Positions 18,769-29,598 of a DNA stretch of 64,000 nucleotides are shown in pieces (the stretch's first letter is position 1; the number at the start of each line of letters is the position of its first letter). The notes under the pieces were generated by a model that was not told the DNA's origin, did not search any database, and saw nothing but the letters and a program-made list of their open reading frames with translations. Source of the DNA: Cyanobacteria bacterium OH_CDB_20 (GTDB taxonomy: Bacteria > Cyanobacteriota > Vampirovibrionia > Gastranaerophilales > Gastranaerophilaceae); contig JAEZIX010000062.1 in assembly GCA_023415935.1 (NCBI GenBank), positions 15,105-79,104 of the forward strand, written 5' to 3'. The translations under genes were made by a program, and so were the position numbers.

Positions 18769-21255
18769 GTGATTGAAGAACGCTATTTTCCACAAGAAAT
18801 CGAAAAAAAGTGGCAAAGCTATTGGGATGAAAACCAAGTAAACAAGGTTGAAAACACAAAAGACAAAGAAAAATATTATATATTATCTATGCTGCCGTAT
18901 CCTTCTGGAAAACTCCACATGGGACATGTTAGAAACTATACAATCTCTGATGTTGTCGCTCGTTATAAAAGAATGAACGGGCTAAATGTATTGCACCCTA
19001 TGGGCTGGGATAGTTTCGGGCTTCCTGCTGAAAATGCAGCAATCCAGCACGGCGCTAATCCTAAAACTTGGACTTTAGACAACATTGCATATATGAAAAA
19101 ACAGCTAAAATCATTAGGACTCATGATTGATTGGGATAGAGAAGTTACAACATGCCTGCCTGATTATTATAGATGGACTCAATGGTTCTTTATTCAAATG
19201 TTTAAAAAAGGTTTAGCATATAAAAAAGAAGCAGCTGTAAACTGGTGTGAAAAGTGCGGAACAGTTCTAGCTAACGAGCAAGTTATCGACGGCAAATGCT
19301 GGAGATGCGACGAAATAGTTGAGAAAAAATACCTTTCACAATGGTTCTTAAAAATAACAGAATACGCTGAAGAACTTTTACAAGATATCGATAAACTTGA
19401 CGGATGGCCTGAGAGCGTAAAAACCATGCAAAGGAATTGGATTGGAAAATCTCAAGGCGCAATATTAAAATTCAAAGTCAAAGAACTTCCAGATGTTACG
19501 GTTCCAGTTTATACAACAAGGCCAGACACTGCTTTTGGTATAACGTACCTTGTTGTTGCGCCTGAGTACAGAGATATCGAAAAACTTACTACTCTTGAAA
19601 ATAAAGAAGCTGTTGAAGCATACCGCGCAAACGCACGCAAAATGACAGAGATCGAAAGACTTTCAACAGAAAGAGAAAAAACTGGTGTTCCACTCGGAAC
19701 ACATATTATAAACCCATATACGGGTGAAGAATTCCCTATCTGGACGGCTGATTACGCACTTGTTGAATATGGAACAGGCGCTGTTATGGCGGTTCCAGCT
19801 CATGATGAACGTGATTTTGAATTTGCAAAAAAATTCAACCTTCCAATCAAAATTGTTATTCAAAACAAAGAAAAAACTTTAACAGATGCCGATATGCCAT
19901 ATACAGACCCTGGCGTTATGATAAATTCAGGCAAATGTAATGACCTTCCAAATGAAAAAGGCAAAAAAGCAATGATTGAGCTTGCTCAAGAAGGCGGATT
20001 TGGTGAGGCTACTACCCAATATAGACTTAGAGATTGGTTAATTTCTCGACAAAGATACTGGGGAACTCCTATCCCAATGGTTTATTGCGAAAAATGCGGA
20101 ACTGTTCCGGTTAAAGAAGAAGATTTACCTGTATTATTGCCTGAAGACGTTGATTTTTCAGTAGTAGGCAAATCTCCAATCACAACATCACCTACTTTTA
20201 AAGAAACAACATGCCCGATATGCGGAGAAAAAGCAACAAGAGAAACCGATACGATGGATACATTTATGTGTTCAAACTGGTACTATCACAGATATGTTGA
20301 CGCTAGAAACGACAAAAAACCTTTTGATAAAGACTTAATCAACTACTGGTCACCTGTTGATCAATACGTTGGTGGTATTGAACACGCTATTTTACACCTA
20401 TTATATGCAAGATTTTTCACAAAAGTTTTAAGAGATTTAGACCTTTTAAGTTTTGATGAACCTTTTAAAAACCTTTTAACTCAAGGTATGGTTCTAAAAG
20501 ACGGTTCTAAAATGTCAAAATCAAAAGGTAACACAGTTGACCCTGATGAAATATTTGCAAATTACGGGGCAGATACAGCAAGATTATTCATTCTGTCAGA
20601 TTCACCTCCAGCTAGAGACTTTGATTGGTCAGATGCTGGCGTTGAAGGTTGCTTTAAGTTCTTAAACAGACTATGGAAGCTATACAGCGCAAATCAAGAA
20701 AATATAACACACAACTACACCTTAGGTAATGTTGAATCTCTTGCAAAAGAAAATAATGCTCTTGTAAGAGAAACCCACATGGCAATTAAAAAGATTTCTC
20801 AAGATATTGCAAATGAATTCCAATTCAACACTGTAATATCTAAATATAGAGAATTTGTAAACGTACTATATGAATACGTAGCAAATAAACAAGTATTCAC
20901 AGAAGAAGATAAAAATGTATTCAGCTATGCAGTTATTACACTTCTGAAACTTGTTGCGCCTGTTGTTCCACACATGGCAGAAGAGTTATACTCTGATATG
21001 GGTGCAAAATCTTCAATCCATGATATAAAATGGCCTGAATACGAAGAAAAACTTGCAAAATCAAGCTCTATTACACTTGTTGTACAAATCAACGGAAAAG
21101 TTAAAGACAAGATTGAAGCAGACGCAGAAGCTACAAAAGAAGAACTTGAAAAAATTGCACTTGCAAGCGAGAAAGTACAAGAACTTACAAAAGACAAAGA
21201 AATTGTTAAAATTATAGTCGTACCATCAAAACTGGTTAATATTGTAATAAGGTAA
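18769..21255 (+). CDS. leuS: leucine--tRNA ligase
   Basis: GTG start with an AAGGAG RBS. HMGHVRNY (HIGH) and KMSKSKGN (KMSKS) motifs are present. Confidence 0.97.
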   Translation: MIEERYFPQEIEKKWQSYWDENQVNKVENTKDKEKYYILSMLPYPSGKLHMGHVRNYTISDVVARYKRMNGLNVLHPMGWDSFGLPAENAAIQHGANPKTWTLDNIAYMKKQLKSLGLMIDWDREVTTCLPDYYRWTQWFFIQMFKKGLAYKKEAAVNWCEKCGTVLANEQVIDGKCWRCDEIVEKKYLSQWFLKITEYAEELLQDIDKLDGWPESVKTMQRNWIGKSQGAILKFKVKELPDVTVPVYTTRPDTAFGITYLVVAPEYRDIEKLTTLENKEAVEAYRANARKMTEIERLSTEREKTGVPLGTHIINPYTGEEFPIWTADYALVEYGTGAVMAVPAHDERDFEFAKKFNLPIKIVIQNKEKTLTDADMPYTDPGVMINSGKCNDLPNEKGKKAMIELAQEGGFGEATTQYRLRDWLISRQRYWGTPIPMVYCEKCGTVPVKEEDLPVLLPEDVDFSVVGKSPITTSPTFKETTCPICGEKATRETDTMDTFMCSNWYYHRYVDARNDKKPFDKDLINYWSPVDQYVGGIEHAILHLLYARFFTKVLRDLDLLSFDEPFKNLLTQGMVLKDGSKMSKSKGNTVDPDEIFANYGADTARLFILSDSPPARDFDWSDAGVEGCFKFLNRLWKLYSANQENITHNYTLGNVESLAKENNALVRETHMAIKKISQDIANEFQFNTVISKYREFVNVLYEYVANKQVFTEEDKNVFSYAVITLLKLVAPVVPHMAEELYSDMGAKSSIHDIKWPEYEEKLAKSSSITLVVQINGKVKDKIEADAEATKEELEKIALASEKVQELTKDKEIVKIIVVPSKLVNIVIR

Positions 21256-21262
21256 AAAAAAT

Positions 21263-22765
21263 ATGGAAAAAGAGAGCTTTATAAACAAAAATAATAAAGT
21301 CATTTTATGGATTTTTATTGCAATGACAATTGTCCATGTGTTATATGCAGCATTTTCGGTTAGGGTTGCTTATATGGATGGAACCCCTCAACTATTGCAT
21401 ATTTTAAACAATATAGCTGATGGGACAACAAAGTTATATATAGATCCAGGACATCCACGATTTTTTGTAAGTGCTCTTATGCAACTTCCTTCATTTTTAG
21501 TTGCAAAAATGTTAATATTATCATCAAAATTTTCTATTAGCGTCTTTTATTCTTTCTGCTGGTTTGCAATAAGCCCGCTACTAGTATATTTCAACTACAA
21601 ACTTTCAAATCGCACAAAAAATTATGATACTTTCATCGCAAGTTTGTTCTTTTATTCAATGGTTATTCTTTTATATCAAATATTTGTTGTCGTTGAAAGT
21701 TCTGTAGCAATATTAACGATATTGCTTTTATACAACTATATTAGATCAAAGATTGACTACACAACAAAAGACTTGGTAATAATTGCATTACTTACCATAA
21801 TGCTTTTTGCCTCCCACGAATTGGTGCTTTTTTGTGTTCCTATACTTCTTGTTTCCTCATTACTTTTTGCAAAAGATGAAGAAAACACAAAAAATAAAAT
21901 TACTAAAATATCAGTTGGAATAGCGTCACTATTTGCTTTCTTTTACATTTACTTCTTTATGTTTAAGATAAAAGGGAATGGGGGCGAAATATCAAGATTT
22001 TTGAATGAGTTTTTCGGTTCTTTAGGCACATCATTTGATACAAGTTTTTCAATAACAATAGTTGGATTAATTCTAATAGGACTCGTAATAGCAATATTCA
22101 AAAGCAAAAAAGAACTAACAATAAAACATATTTCAATAGCAACAGTTATTATATTCTACAATCTATATATTATGTTCAGACAACTTGATTTATATGTAAA
22201 TCCAATAATTGAAGGTCATTATAGAGTTATTGATATATTTTTATTCCCGATAATTCTATTCTTTATTGCTGTAAAAGATATAGCGAAAAAAGAAATATCA
22301 CCTGTAATACTTAACAATACAATAACAATAATAGCTATTGTTGGTATTGCACAAACAATTTGGCAGATTGATAATACTTACTGGTGGAATAAAAATATTG
22401 AATATATGCAAGACAAATTACAAAAATGTGAAACTTCTTTATATATTCCTGACCCTAAAGAACCTCCTATATCAAAGTTTTTTGAGAATGATAAAAGAAA
22501 CTACATTTGGCACGCAGACTTTACAGCTATTTCAATATTATTTGCAAAAGACTACGAAGTAAAAACAATACTAGGAATATACGACAAACTATATGAAGAA
22601 AATAATGCTACAGAACGTCAATTATTATTTTCAAATGATAATAATTTATTTATGCCTTATATCACAGTAGATATTAAGAACAAATTCTGGGATTTAACAG
22701 AGCCCGCAAAAGCACTTGATTTGTATAATACAACCCATAATATAAAAACCAATAAACAAAATTAG
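21263..22765 (+). CDS. polytopic membrane protein, function unknown (possibly GT-C-like)
   Basis: About 12 hydrophobic helices followed by a soluble C-terminal region. No motif recognised. Confidence 0.5.
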   Translation: MEKESFINKNNKVILWIFIAMTIVHVLYAAFSVRVAYMDGTPQLLHILNNIADGTTKLYIDPGHPRFFVSALMQLPSFLVAKMLILSSKFSISVFYSFCWFAISPLLVYFNYKLSNRTKNYDTFIASLFFYSMVILLYQIFVVVESSVAILTILLLYNYIRSKIDYTTKDLVIIALLTIMLFASHELVLFCVPILLVSSLLFAKDEENTKNKITKISVGIASLFAFFYIYFFMFKIKGNGGEISRFLNEFFGSLGTSFDTSFSITIVGLILIGLVIAIFKSKKELTIKHISIATVIIFYNLYIMFRQLDLYVNPIIEGHYRVIDIFLFPIILFFIAVKDIAKKEISPVILNNTITIIAIVGIAQTIWQIDNTYWWNKNIEYMQDKLQKCETSLYIPDPKEPPISKFFENDKRNYIWHADFTAISILFAKDYEVKTILGIYDKLYEENNATERQLLFSNDNNLFMPYITVDIKNKFWDLTEPAKALDLYNTTHNIKTNKQN

Positions 22766-24112
22766 TTAAATATCAATTCCGCTCATCATAGAAATAAGAT
22801 TGTTGATTGTGCTATCCATATCAACTAAATCAGAAGTTCTTTGTTGCAAAAATCCATTAACTTCAGGCATAATGTCGATTACCATATCAAGTTTTGGGTT
22901 GGTACCCGGAGTATACATACCTACATCAATCAAGTCTTTGTTCTCTCTATACATAGCAAGAACTTTACGCATTTTTGCAGCAGCTGCTTTATGCTCTGAA
23001 GTAGAAATCGAAGACATAAGCCTTGAGATACTTCCTAAAACATCAATTGCAGGATAATGATTCATCTCAGCAACTTTTCTTGATAAGAAAATGTGCCCGT
23101 CAACAATACCTCTTACAATATCAACAATCGGGTCCGAAATATCATCCCCTTCCATCAGAACTGTGTATAATGCGGTTATTGAACCTTTGGGACTATTTCC
23201 TGCTCTTTCAAGAGCCTTTTGGAGCCAAGAAAATATTGAAGGTGGGTAACCTTTCATCGTAGGAGGCTCACCGATAGAAAGACCAACTTCACGACCTGCC
23301 ATAGCGCAACGTGTGATTGTATCTGTCATCAAGAAAACTTTTTTACCCTGATCTCTAAAATATTCGCATACTGCAGTAGCAGATAGCAAGCATTTCTGCC
23401 TAATCAAAGGAGGTTTATCACCCGTAGAACAAACGAGAACTGACTTTTTCATACCTTCTTCGCCAAGAGCATCCTCGATAAATTCTTTAACCTCACGGCC
23501 ACGTTCTCCAATCAATGCAACAACGTTTACATCTGCATCTGAGTTTCTCGCAATCATACCAAGCAAAGTACTTTTACCAACACCAGAACCGGCGAAAAGT
23601 CCCATACGTTGCCCTGTACCAAAAGTCATACAAGCATCTATTGCTCTTACACCTGTTGAAAATTGTTCTGTTATAATCGGTCTTTCAAATGGACCGGGAG
23701 GAGGACCTTCAATTGGACGCCAAAGAGCATCTGTTGTATCTAAAGGACGACCATCAAGCGGCTGCCCCATAGGGTCAATCAATCTTCCCAAAAGAAAATC
23801 ACCAACAGGAATTATTATGGGTTTTCCAGTAGTAGTAACTAAACTACCCTGACCGATTCCACCACCATCTAAAAGCAATAGTAATTGAGCATTTTCACCT
23901 TTAAAAGCAACAACTTCAGCAGGTTTTTTTTCTCCCGTATCAGTTTCTATGTAGCACAAATCACCTATTTTTAGCCCCGGCAATTTTACTTCAACAGTTA
24001 GCCCCAAAAGCTTTGACACACTTCCTTTAAAACCCATTAATTGTGTTTCGTTTATGGTGTTAAATGCTTTTGTTTTTATGTCTTCTATTAATTTTTCAGA
24101 TTTTTCATTCAT
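22766..24112 (-). CDS. fliI: flagellum-specific ATPase FliI
   Basis: Walker A GSGVGKST and F1-beta-like architecture, within a flagellar operon. Confidence 0.9.
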   Translation of the reverse strand: MNEKSEKLIEDIKTKAFNTINETQLMGFKGSVSKLLGLTVEVKLPGLKIGDLCYIETDTGEKKPAEVVAFKGENAQLLLLLDGGGIGQGSLVTTTGKPIIIPVGDFLLGRLIDPMGQPLDGRPLDTTDALWRPIEGPPPGPFERPIITEQFSTGVRAIDACMTFGTGQRMGLFAGSGVGKSTLLGMIARNSDADVNVVALIGERGREVKEFIEDALGEEGMKKSVLVCSTGDKPPLIRQKCLLSATAVCEYFRDQGKKVFLMTDTITRCAMAGREVGLSIGEPPTMKGYPPSIFSWLQKALERAGNSPKGSITALYTVLMEGDDISDPIVDIVRGIVDGHIFLSRKVAEMNHYPAIDVLGSISRLMSSISTSEHKAAAAKMRKVLAMYRENKDLIDVGMYTPGTNPKLDMVIDIMPEVNGFLQQRTSDLVDMDSTINNLISMMSGIDI

Positions 24113-24117
24113 AATTT

Positions 24118-26223
24118 TTACTCAAAATTATACTCAGGAATGTAAGATTCACCGATAGTATCAACAGCTTCGACCCTTATATCAGTAATCAATTCAGAAT
24201 AAGAGATAACAACAATCGTAGGGATGTGTCTTTCAAGAAGTTGATAAAGAGGAAGCCTAATTCTTGGCGAGCAAAGTATAACAGGCTGTTTACCTATGTT
24301 TTGATGAGCTTTCATAAGTGTTGAAGCAGAAGATTCAATAAGTTCTTGAACCTGTAGTGGATTCAATAGGAACATTGTGCCTAGCTCAGTTCTCTGACAA
24401 CTATCATCAAGGGTTTTTTCCCATTCTTGCGACAATGTAAGTGCGTATAATGTCTTATCTGGAGTGGTATTTGAAAGACAAATTTGTCTACCGAGCGCTG
24501 CACGAAGCCTTTCAGAAAGGATATCTGGCTCTTTTGAAAATCTTGCGTAATCACAAAGTCTTTCAAAAATGAAAATAATATCTTTTATAGAAACTCTTTC
24601 TCTGATTAAATTAACAAAAATCTTTCTCAAATCACTTGTGGAGATAATTGTTGGCACAAGGTCATTAACAAGTGTAGGGTCTTGACTCTTAACAAGTTCC
24701 ATAAGTTTAAGGACGTCTGTTTTAGTCATAACTTCGTCTACATATTTTCTCACGCACTCTTGCAAGTGAGTGATGATAACATCTACAGAATCAACAGCGG
24801 TTATTTTGACACCTGCCTCAATACTTGGAGGATTGAGCCAGTATGCTTGAGTTTGATAAGTAGGATCAACACTAACAATAGCATCTTTAGGTACATCTTT
24901 GCCTAAAGAATCCCACTGATCAGCAATTACCATAAGTTTTCCAGGATACACGGTTCCTGTTGCTACTGTATTTCCTCTTATAGAAATCAAATACTCATTA
25001 GCGTTCAACGCAGATGAGTCCATAATTCTTACATTTGGAATAATAAAACCTAATTCGTCCGTAACACGCTGCCTCAGAGCAGCAATTTTTGGCAAGAGTT
25101 GCCCCTCTTGATCTGGATCAGCTATAACAAGGAGTCCTGAACCAACTTGCAAACTCAAAACATCAACACCTAAGCGTTCATACATTCTGTTTGGATTAAC
25201 CAAATCTTGCATATTCTGCCTAACATTTTCAAGTTGCCCTAATTGTGATTGTACATCTTGATTAACAAGAACTGAAAAACCAGAAAGTGCTATTACTGCA
25301 GTGAAGAACAAGAATGGAAACCAAGGAAGACCTGTCCAATGACTTGTAAATGCAATCAAAAGTAAAAACAAACAAGAAAAGAACAAACTGTATGGCTTGT
25401 TTAAAATCTGAGTAGATAAATCAAAACCTAAAGATGAGCCCGTTGCAGAAGAACGGGTCATTACGATACCTGCTGAAATTGACATCAACAAAGATGGAAC
25501 CTGAGCCGCAAGACCGTCACCAACCGTTAATACCGTATATTTTTGAACCGCATCAGCAGCCGGCATGCCCATTTGCAATACACCAACCGCTAAACCACCG
25601 ATAATATTGATTATAACAATAATGATACCAGCTATTGTATCCCCTTTTACAAACTTCATAGCACCATCCATAGAACCAAAAAGGGATGATTCACGCTGCA
25701 AGTCTTCACGCTTCTTAACAGCTTCATCAGGTGAAATCAAGCCTGCATTAAAATCAGCGTCAATCGTCATTTGCTTACCCGGCATCGCGTCTAATGCAAA
25801 TCTAGCTGCAACTTCTGCGATACGCTCTGCACCTTTTGTGATAACCATAAACTGAACTACAGTGATGATCAGGAATATAACAAAACCAACAACTAAGTTA
25901 CCGCCGGTAACAAAGTTTCCGAATGCATCAATAACTTCACCCGCTTCACCTTTAGCAAGAATAAGCCTTGTTGAAGCGATACTCAATACCAGACGAAACA
26001 TAGTACCGATAAGAATAATTGACGGGAAAGACGCCAACTCAAGAGGCTTTTGAATATACAACGATATCATCAGCAAAACAATACCGAGAGTAATGTTTAA
26101 ACTTATTGAAAAATTGATAACCCAAGTTGGCATTTCTACAAGTAAAATGAGTATTAACATAATTACAAATATTGCTAATACAATTTCACTTATTGGATTA
26201 TGTGTGCCGCCTTGTGCTGCCAC
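24118..26223 (-). CDS. flhA: flagellar export gate protein FlhA
   Basis: 701 aa with an N-terminal 8-TM domain containing the FHIPEP region (GAERIAEVAARFALDAMPGKQM), plus a cytoplasmic C-domain. Confidence 0.92.
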   Translation of the reverse strand: MAAQGGTHNPISEIVLAIFVIMLILILLVEMPTWVINFSISLNITLGIVLLMISLYIQKPLELASFPSIILIGTMFRLVLSIASTRLILAKGEAGEVIDAFGNFVTGGNLVVGFVIFLIITVVQFMVITKGAERIAEVAARFALDAMPGKQMTIDADFNAGLISPDEAVKKREDLQRESSLFGSMDGAMKFVKGDTIAGIIIVIINIIGGLAVGVLQMGMPAADAVQKYTVLTVGDGLAAQVPSLLMSISAGIVMTRSSATGSSLGFDLSTQILNKPYSLFFSCLFLLLIAFTSHWTGLPWFPFLFFTAVIALSGFSVLVNQDVQSQLGQLENVRQNMQDLVNPNRMYERLGVDVLSLQVGSGLLVIADPDQEGQLLPKIAALRQRVTDELGFIIPNVRIMDSSALNANEYLISIRGNTVATGTVYPGKLMVIADQWDSLGKDVPKDAIVSVDPTYQTQAYWLNPPSIEAGVKITAVDSVDVIITHLQECVRKYVDEVMTKTDVLKLMELVKSQDPTLVNDLVPTIISTSDLRKIFVNLIRERVSIKDIIFIFERLCDYARFSKEPDILSERLRAALGRQICLSNTTPDKTLYALTLSQEWEKTLDDSCQRTELGTMFLLNPLQVQELIESSASTLMKAHQNIGKQPVILCSPRIRLPLYQLLERHIPTIVVISYSELITDIRVEAVDTIGESYIPEYNFE

Positions 26224-26236
26224 TATTTATACCACC

Positions 26237-26950
26237 CTAGATTATCGTTTTAAATGCTTCCTTTATTATTCCTAACTGAGTTTCTACAGTAGCGTCAACT
26301 ACCCCATTACTAGTTTCTATAATTGCGCCACCTAATTCTATAGATTCTTCTGCCAGTACTACTATTTTAGCCTCAAATTGAGCATTTGACAAAAGTTCTG
26401 GCACATAACTTTTTACCTCAGATACATCATCAGGAGCAACCTTAATTATTATACGGTTTTCACCCCTAGACACAGAGGTTAAAGCCTCATTAATAATATT
26501 TAACAAAGGTTGTGCATCTTTTTCTATTTCAGTTTTAATGATTTTTTGAGCAATTTCAATTGAAATATCTAAAATGTGGGAAGAAAGTTCTTCTACAACA
26601 GAATCTTTATAAGAAAAGAACTCTTCTATAGCAGCTAATAGTTTTTCGACGTCTTCTTTTGCAGTTTGCAGGCCTATTTTATTACCTTCTTTAATCGCTT
26701 GTTCTTTTATAGAGATTGCTTCTTCTTGAGCTCTGGAAACAAGGTTCCTGTCGTCAATTCTTCTGTAGCCGCGCCTTCTTGTACCTTGTCTTCTTTCAGC
26801 TCTCTGTTTAAAGTCGATTTTTTTAAAGTCAAATTTTGGAGCTTTTTCAGCTTCATCATTATGTCTTACAGAATCATCTTCCCTGTTTTCATCAACATTA
26901 TTGGAAGAATTTAAATTTTTATTATTGCTTAATTTTCTTTTGATTATCAT
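26237..26950 (-). CDS. fliH: flagellar assembly protein FliH
   Basis: Charged N-terminus, coiled-coil middle and a C-terminal GGAIIETSNGVVDATVETQL motif. Lies in the flagellar operon. Confidence 0.75.
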   Translation of the reverse strand: MIIKRKLSNNKNLNSSNNVDENREDDSVRHNDEAEKAPKFDFKKIDFKQRAERRQGTRRRGYRRIDDRNLVSRAQEEAISIKEQAIKEGNKIGLQTAKEDVEKLLAAIEEFFSYKDSVVEELSSHILDISIEIAQKIIKTEIEKDAQPLLNIINEALTSVSRGENRIIIKVAPDDVSEVKSYVPELLSNAQFEAKIVVLAEESIELGGAIIETSNGVVDATVETQLGIIKEAFKTII

Positions 26951-27872
26951 TTAATTTTTCTTCCACATGATTACATATAACCTGAATTACCCAAGGAGAA
27001 AGACTGGACTGATCAAATTCAGGATCAGAGATAAAATCTTTTACAATCTGTCTTTCATCTTTTAATATTTCTTCCAAAATTTTAGAATTTGATTTTGTGA
27101 CAATTTTATTGAAATTACCTAATGTTTTATTCAAATTAACTTTATTCGACTGAGGAAGATTCATTTTAATTTCCTCAAGACATTTCATGACAATATTTGA
27201 ATCGATTTTTGTTTCCAAGTCATCCATCTGAATATATTGAATCAATATTTTTGCATCATTTGGTTCAAATTTATTTAAAAATGCAGAAACTCTCTCGTCA
27301 GGCAACTTTCTAAGCAACATTGCAAATGCAGCTAACTTTAGAATCTTTGTATCGCTTACCTCCGCTAAAGCATCATTATCAGCCTGAGCCATTTCATCAA
27401 TATTTGACTTACTTGCAGCATTTTTCAACTGAGCATCGTCTAATGCTCCTTGCTTATGGAGTTCAATAAGCGCTTCTTCATAAACTTTTTTGACATGATG
27501 TTCTACTAGATTTATCATCTGAGGTTGTGGAACGTCTTTTGTCATTGCCTGCTTTGCAACTTCAAAAACAGTAAAAGCAACCTTCTGTAATATTGGATCT
27601 CTAAATTGCATAGGAATATGGCCATGAATAAGGTCAACAGATTTGTGGAATGCCCACTCACCTATGAATTGAGTAATTACAGAGGCCTGATCAACGTCAA
27701 ACTTTAAATTCGCATCTTTATATAATGCTTCACCCGCCAGAAAACAAAAATTATTGACTATATTAACTACATAATTTTTATCTTCAGCCGATAAATCAGG
27801 TGGCAGAACTGCTTTAGCTTGCATGGAAAGGTTAGAAGCAAATTCTTTATAATTAAATCCTTCAATCGCCAT
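26922..27872 (-). CDS. protein in the fliG position; only a FliG N-terminal-like segment recognisable
   Basis: Located between fliF and fliH. Residues around 172-240 resemble the FliG_N domain. I could not find an EHPQR motif or a charged torque helix. Confidence 0.45.
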   Translation of the reverse strand: MAIEGFNYKEFASNLSMQAKAVLPPDLSAEDKNYVVNIVNNFCFLAGEALYKDANLKFDVDQASVITQFIGEWAFHKSVDLIHGHIPMQFRDPILQKVAFTVFEVAKQAMTKDVPQPQMINLVEHHVKKVYEEALIELHKQGALDDAQLKNAASKSNIDEMAQADNDALAEVSDTKILKLAAFAMLLRKLPDERVSAFLNKFEPNDAKILIQYIQMDDLETKIDSNIVMKCLEEIKMNLPQSNKVNLNKTLGNFNKIVTKSNSKILEEILKDERQIVKDFISDPEFDQSSLSPWVIQVICNHVEEKLNDNQKKIKQ

Positions 27873-27887
27873 AACTTCTCCAGTTTA

Positions 27888-29549
27888 CTAAGGTTTTTCT
27901 ATCCAACTTTTTAAATTATCTATAACAGAGTCATCTTCTGCAAAAGCAATATCTGAGGACACATCATCGATTTTAGAGATAATATCTTGCATTACAGTTG
28001 CAGATTGAGGAATTTGTTGCTGTACTGCTTGCTGTTCAAGAAGTCCTTGCTGCATGATAGCTTGTTTCTCGATTAATTGTGCAGCTTTTAGATTTACATC
28101 TCTAAGTTGTTTCTCTTGCTCTTGGGATTTTGCTTTTAATTGCTCAAGTTCTTGTTTTTGCTTTTCCGCTGCTGCTCTAACTTTTTTAGAAACAACTGAG
28201 AATCCGAAACCAAGCCCTACTAAAAGTAACGCAATTGCTATCCACCAAGGGTTACCTGTTTGCTCTGGTTTAGGCAAATTAACAGGTCTATCTGAAGCTA
28301 AATATGGGTCTATTGAATCAGAGTATGCTATAGAAACACTTTCTGGGTTTACCTTTGGAGAAGCAGATCTTGCAACAAGTGCTTTCAAGTCTTCTTCAGT
28401 CATATTTGCAGGAACAGCCGCTTCGTCGATTGTAAGAGCAATTGTAATTTCTTCGATTATACCCGGCTTAATAAATTCATTTATCTGAGTCTTTGAAACT
28501 CCATACTGAGTTTCTTTTGCGCTTCTTGAATAACTTCTATTTTGAGAAGAATCACTACCTGTTGCTGGAAGTCCATTTGGCAAGTAAACACTAACAGCAT
28601 TTAAGCCTTTATTAGAATCCTGAGTAGAGTCTCCCAACCCTTCGGTGAAAGATTGTTCAGACACGGAGGTTTTCTGCGTAGGGTCATATACAATACTTGT
28701 TTTTTCAATTGGAACCTGCCTCAAGAAAGTACTAACCGTAACAACATAATTACCTTTGCCTAAAAGCCTATCAAGCTGAGTTGCAACTTTACTTTGCATA
28801 TACTGATCATTTTCTTCAATTCGAGAAAGCTGGTCATCAGTTGAGTTTATTAAACTATGATAAACATTTCCATTTGTATCTGTAATTGAAATATTTTCGG
28901 TTTCAAGACCTGTAATACTTCCAAGTAGTAGGTTTTCAATAGCTTTTACTTTGCTTTGATCAAGTTTTGTTCCAGATGGAATAACAACTTGAACTGTTGC
29001 TGTAATAGGTTTTTTATCCGCAGTAAACATTGTTTGTTCAGGAATTGATATAAAAACTGAAGCATTTTCAATTGAATCAATTTTTCTAATAAGCCTTGAT
29101 AACTCACCATTTATTGCACGTGAAAGTCTAATTCTCTTATCTTCTTTTGTGGAAGTAAAATCACCCTTATCGAAAATTTCAAGACCAACGTATTGGTCCA
29201 TTAAACCGCTTTGGACAATTGTCAACAATGCTCTGTCTCTTTGGGACTGAGTATAAGTTTTTCCTCTAAGAATGATATCAGACTTAGTACCGTTAGGGAC
29301 ACGTTCAGCTACAATTCCTTCTCTAGCTAGTAAAGATTGTATTTCGAGCGCTTTCCCTAAATTATCAGTCGTTAAAAGTGTTGCATTCTCAGGTAGAACC
29401 TTTTCTTGCTCTGCTTTTGGTTTCGAGTTATTAGAACTTACAGAAGTAACAATTCCAACAGTAATCATGAGCGCAAATAAAGCAATAACCACACCAATTA
29501 CCGCATACAAAACAGTTTTATTTTTGAGTAATTCTTTAATTTTTTCCAT
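27888..29549 (-). CDS. fliF: flagellar M-ring protein FliF
   Basis: N-terminal TM, a periplasmic ring-building region, a second TM (WWIAIALLLVGLGF) and a C-terminal NLKSWIEK tail. Confidence 0.9.
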   Translation of the reverse strand: MEKIKELLKNKTVLYAVIGVVIALFALMITVGIVTSVSSNNSKPKAEQEKVLPENATLLTTDNLGKALEIQSLLAREGIVAERVPNGTKSDIILRGKTYTQSQRDRALLTIVQSGLMDQYVGLEIFDKGDFTSTKEDKRIRLSRAINGELSRLIRKIDSIENASVFISIPEQTMFTADKKPITATVQVVIPSGTKLDQSKVKAIENLLLGSITGLETENISITDTNGNVYHSLINSTDDQLSRIEENDQYMQSKVATQLDRLLGKGNYVVTVSTFLRQVPIEKTSIVYDPTQKTSVSEQSFTEGLGDSTQDSNKGLNAVSVYLPNGLPATGSDSSQNRSYSRSAKETQYGVSKTQINEFIKPGIIEEITIALTIDEAAVPANMTEEDLKALVARSASPKVNPESVSIAYSDSIDPYLASDRPVNLPKPEQTGNPWWIAIALLLVGLGFGFSVVSKKVRAAAEKQKQELEQLKAKSQEQEKQLRDVNLKAAQLIEKQAIMQQGLLEQQAVQQQIPQSATVMQDIISKIDDVSSDIAFAEDDSVIDNLKSWIEKP

Positions 29550-29598
29550 AAACCCTAATAATTCCCTATCTATAAAAGATTATACTACAATTTGTATA

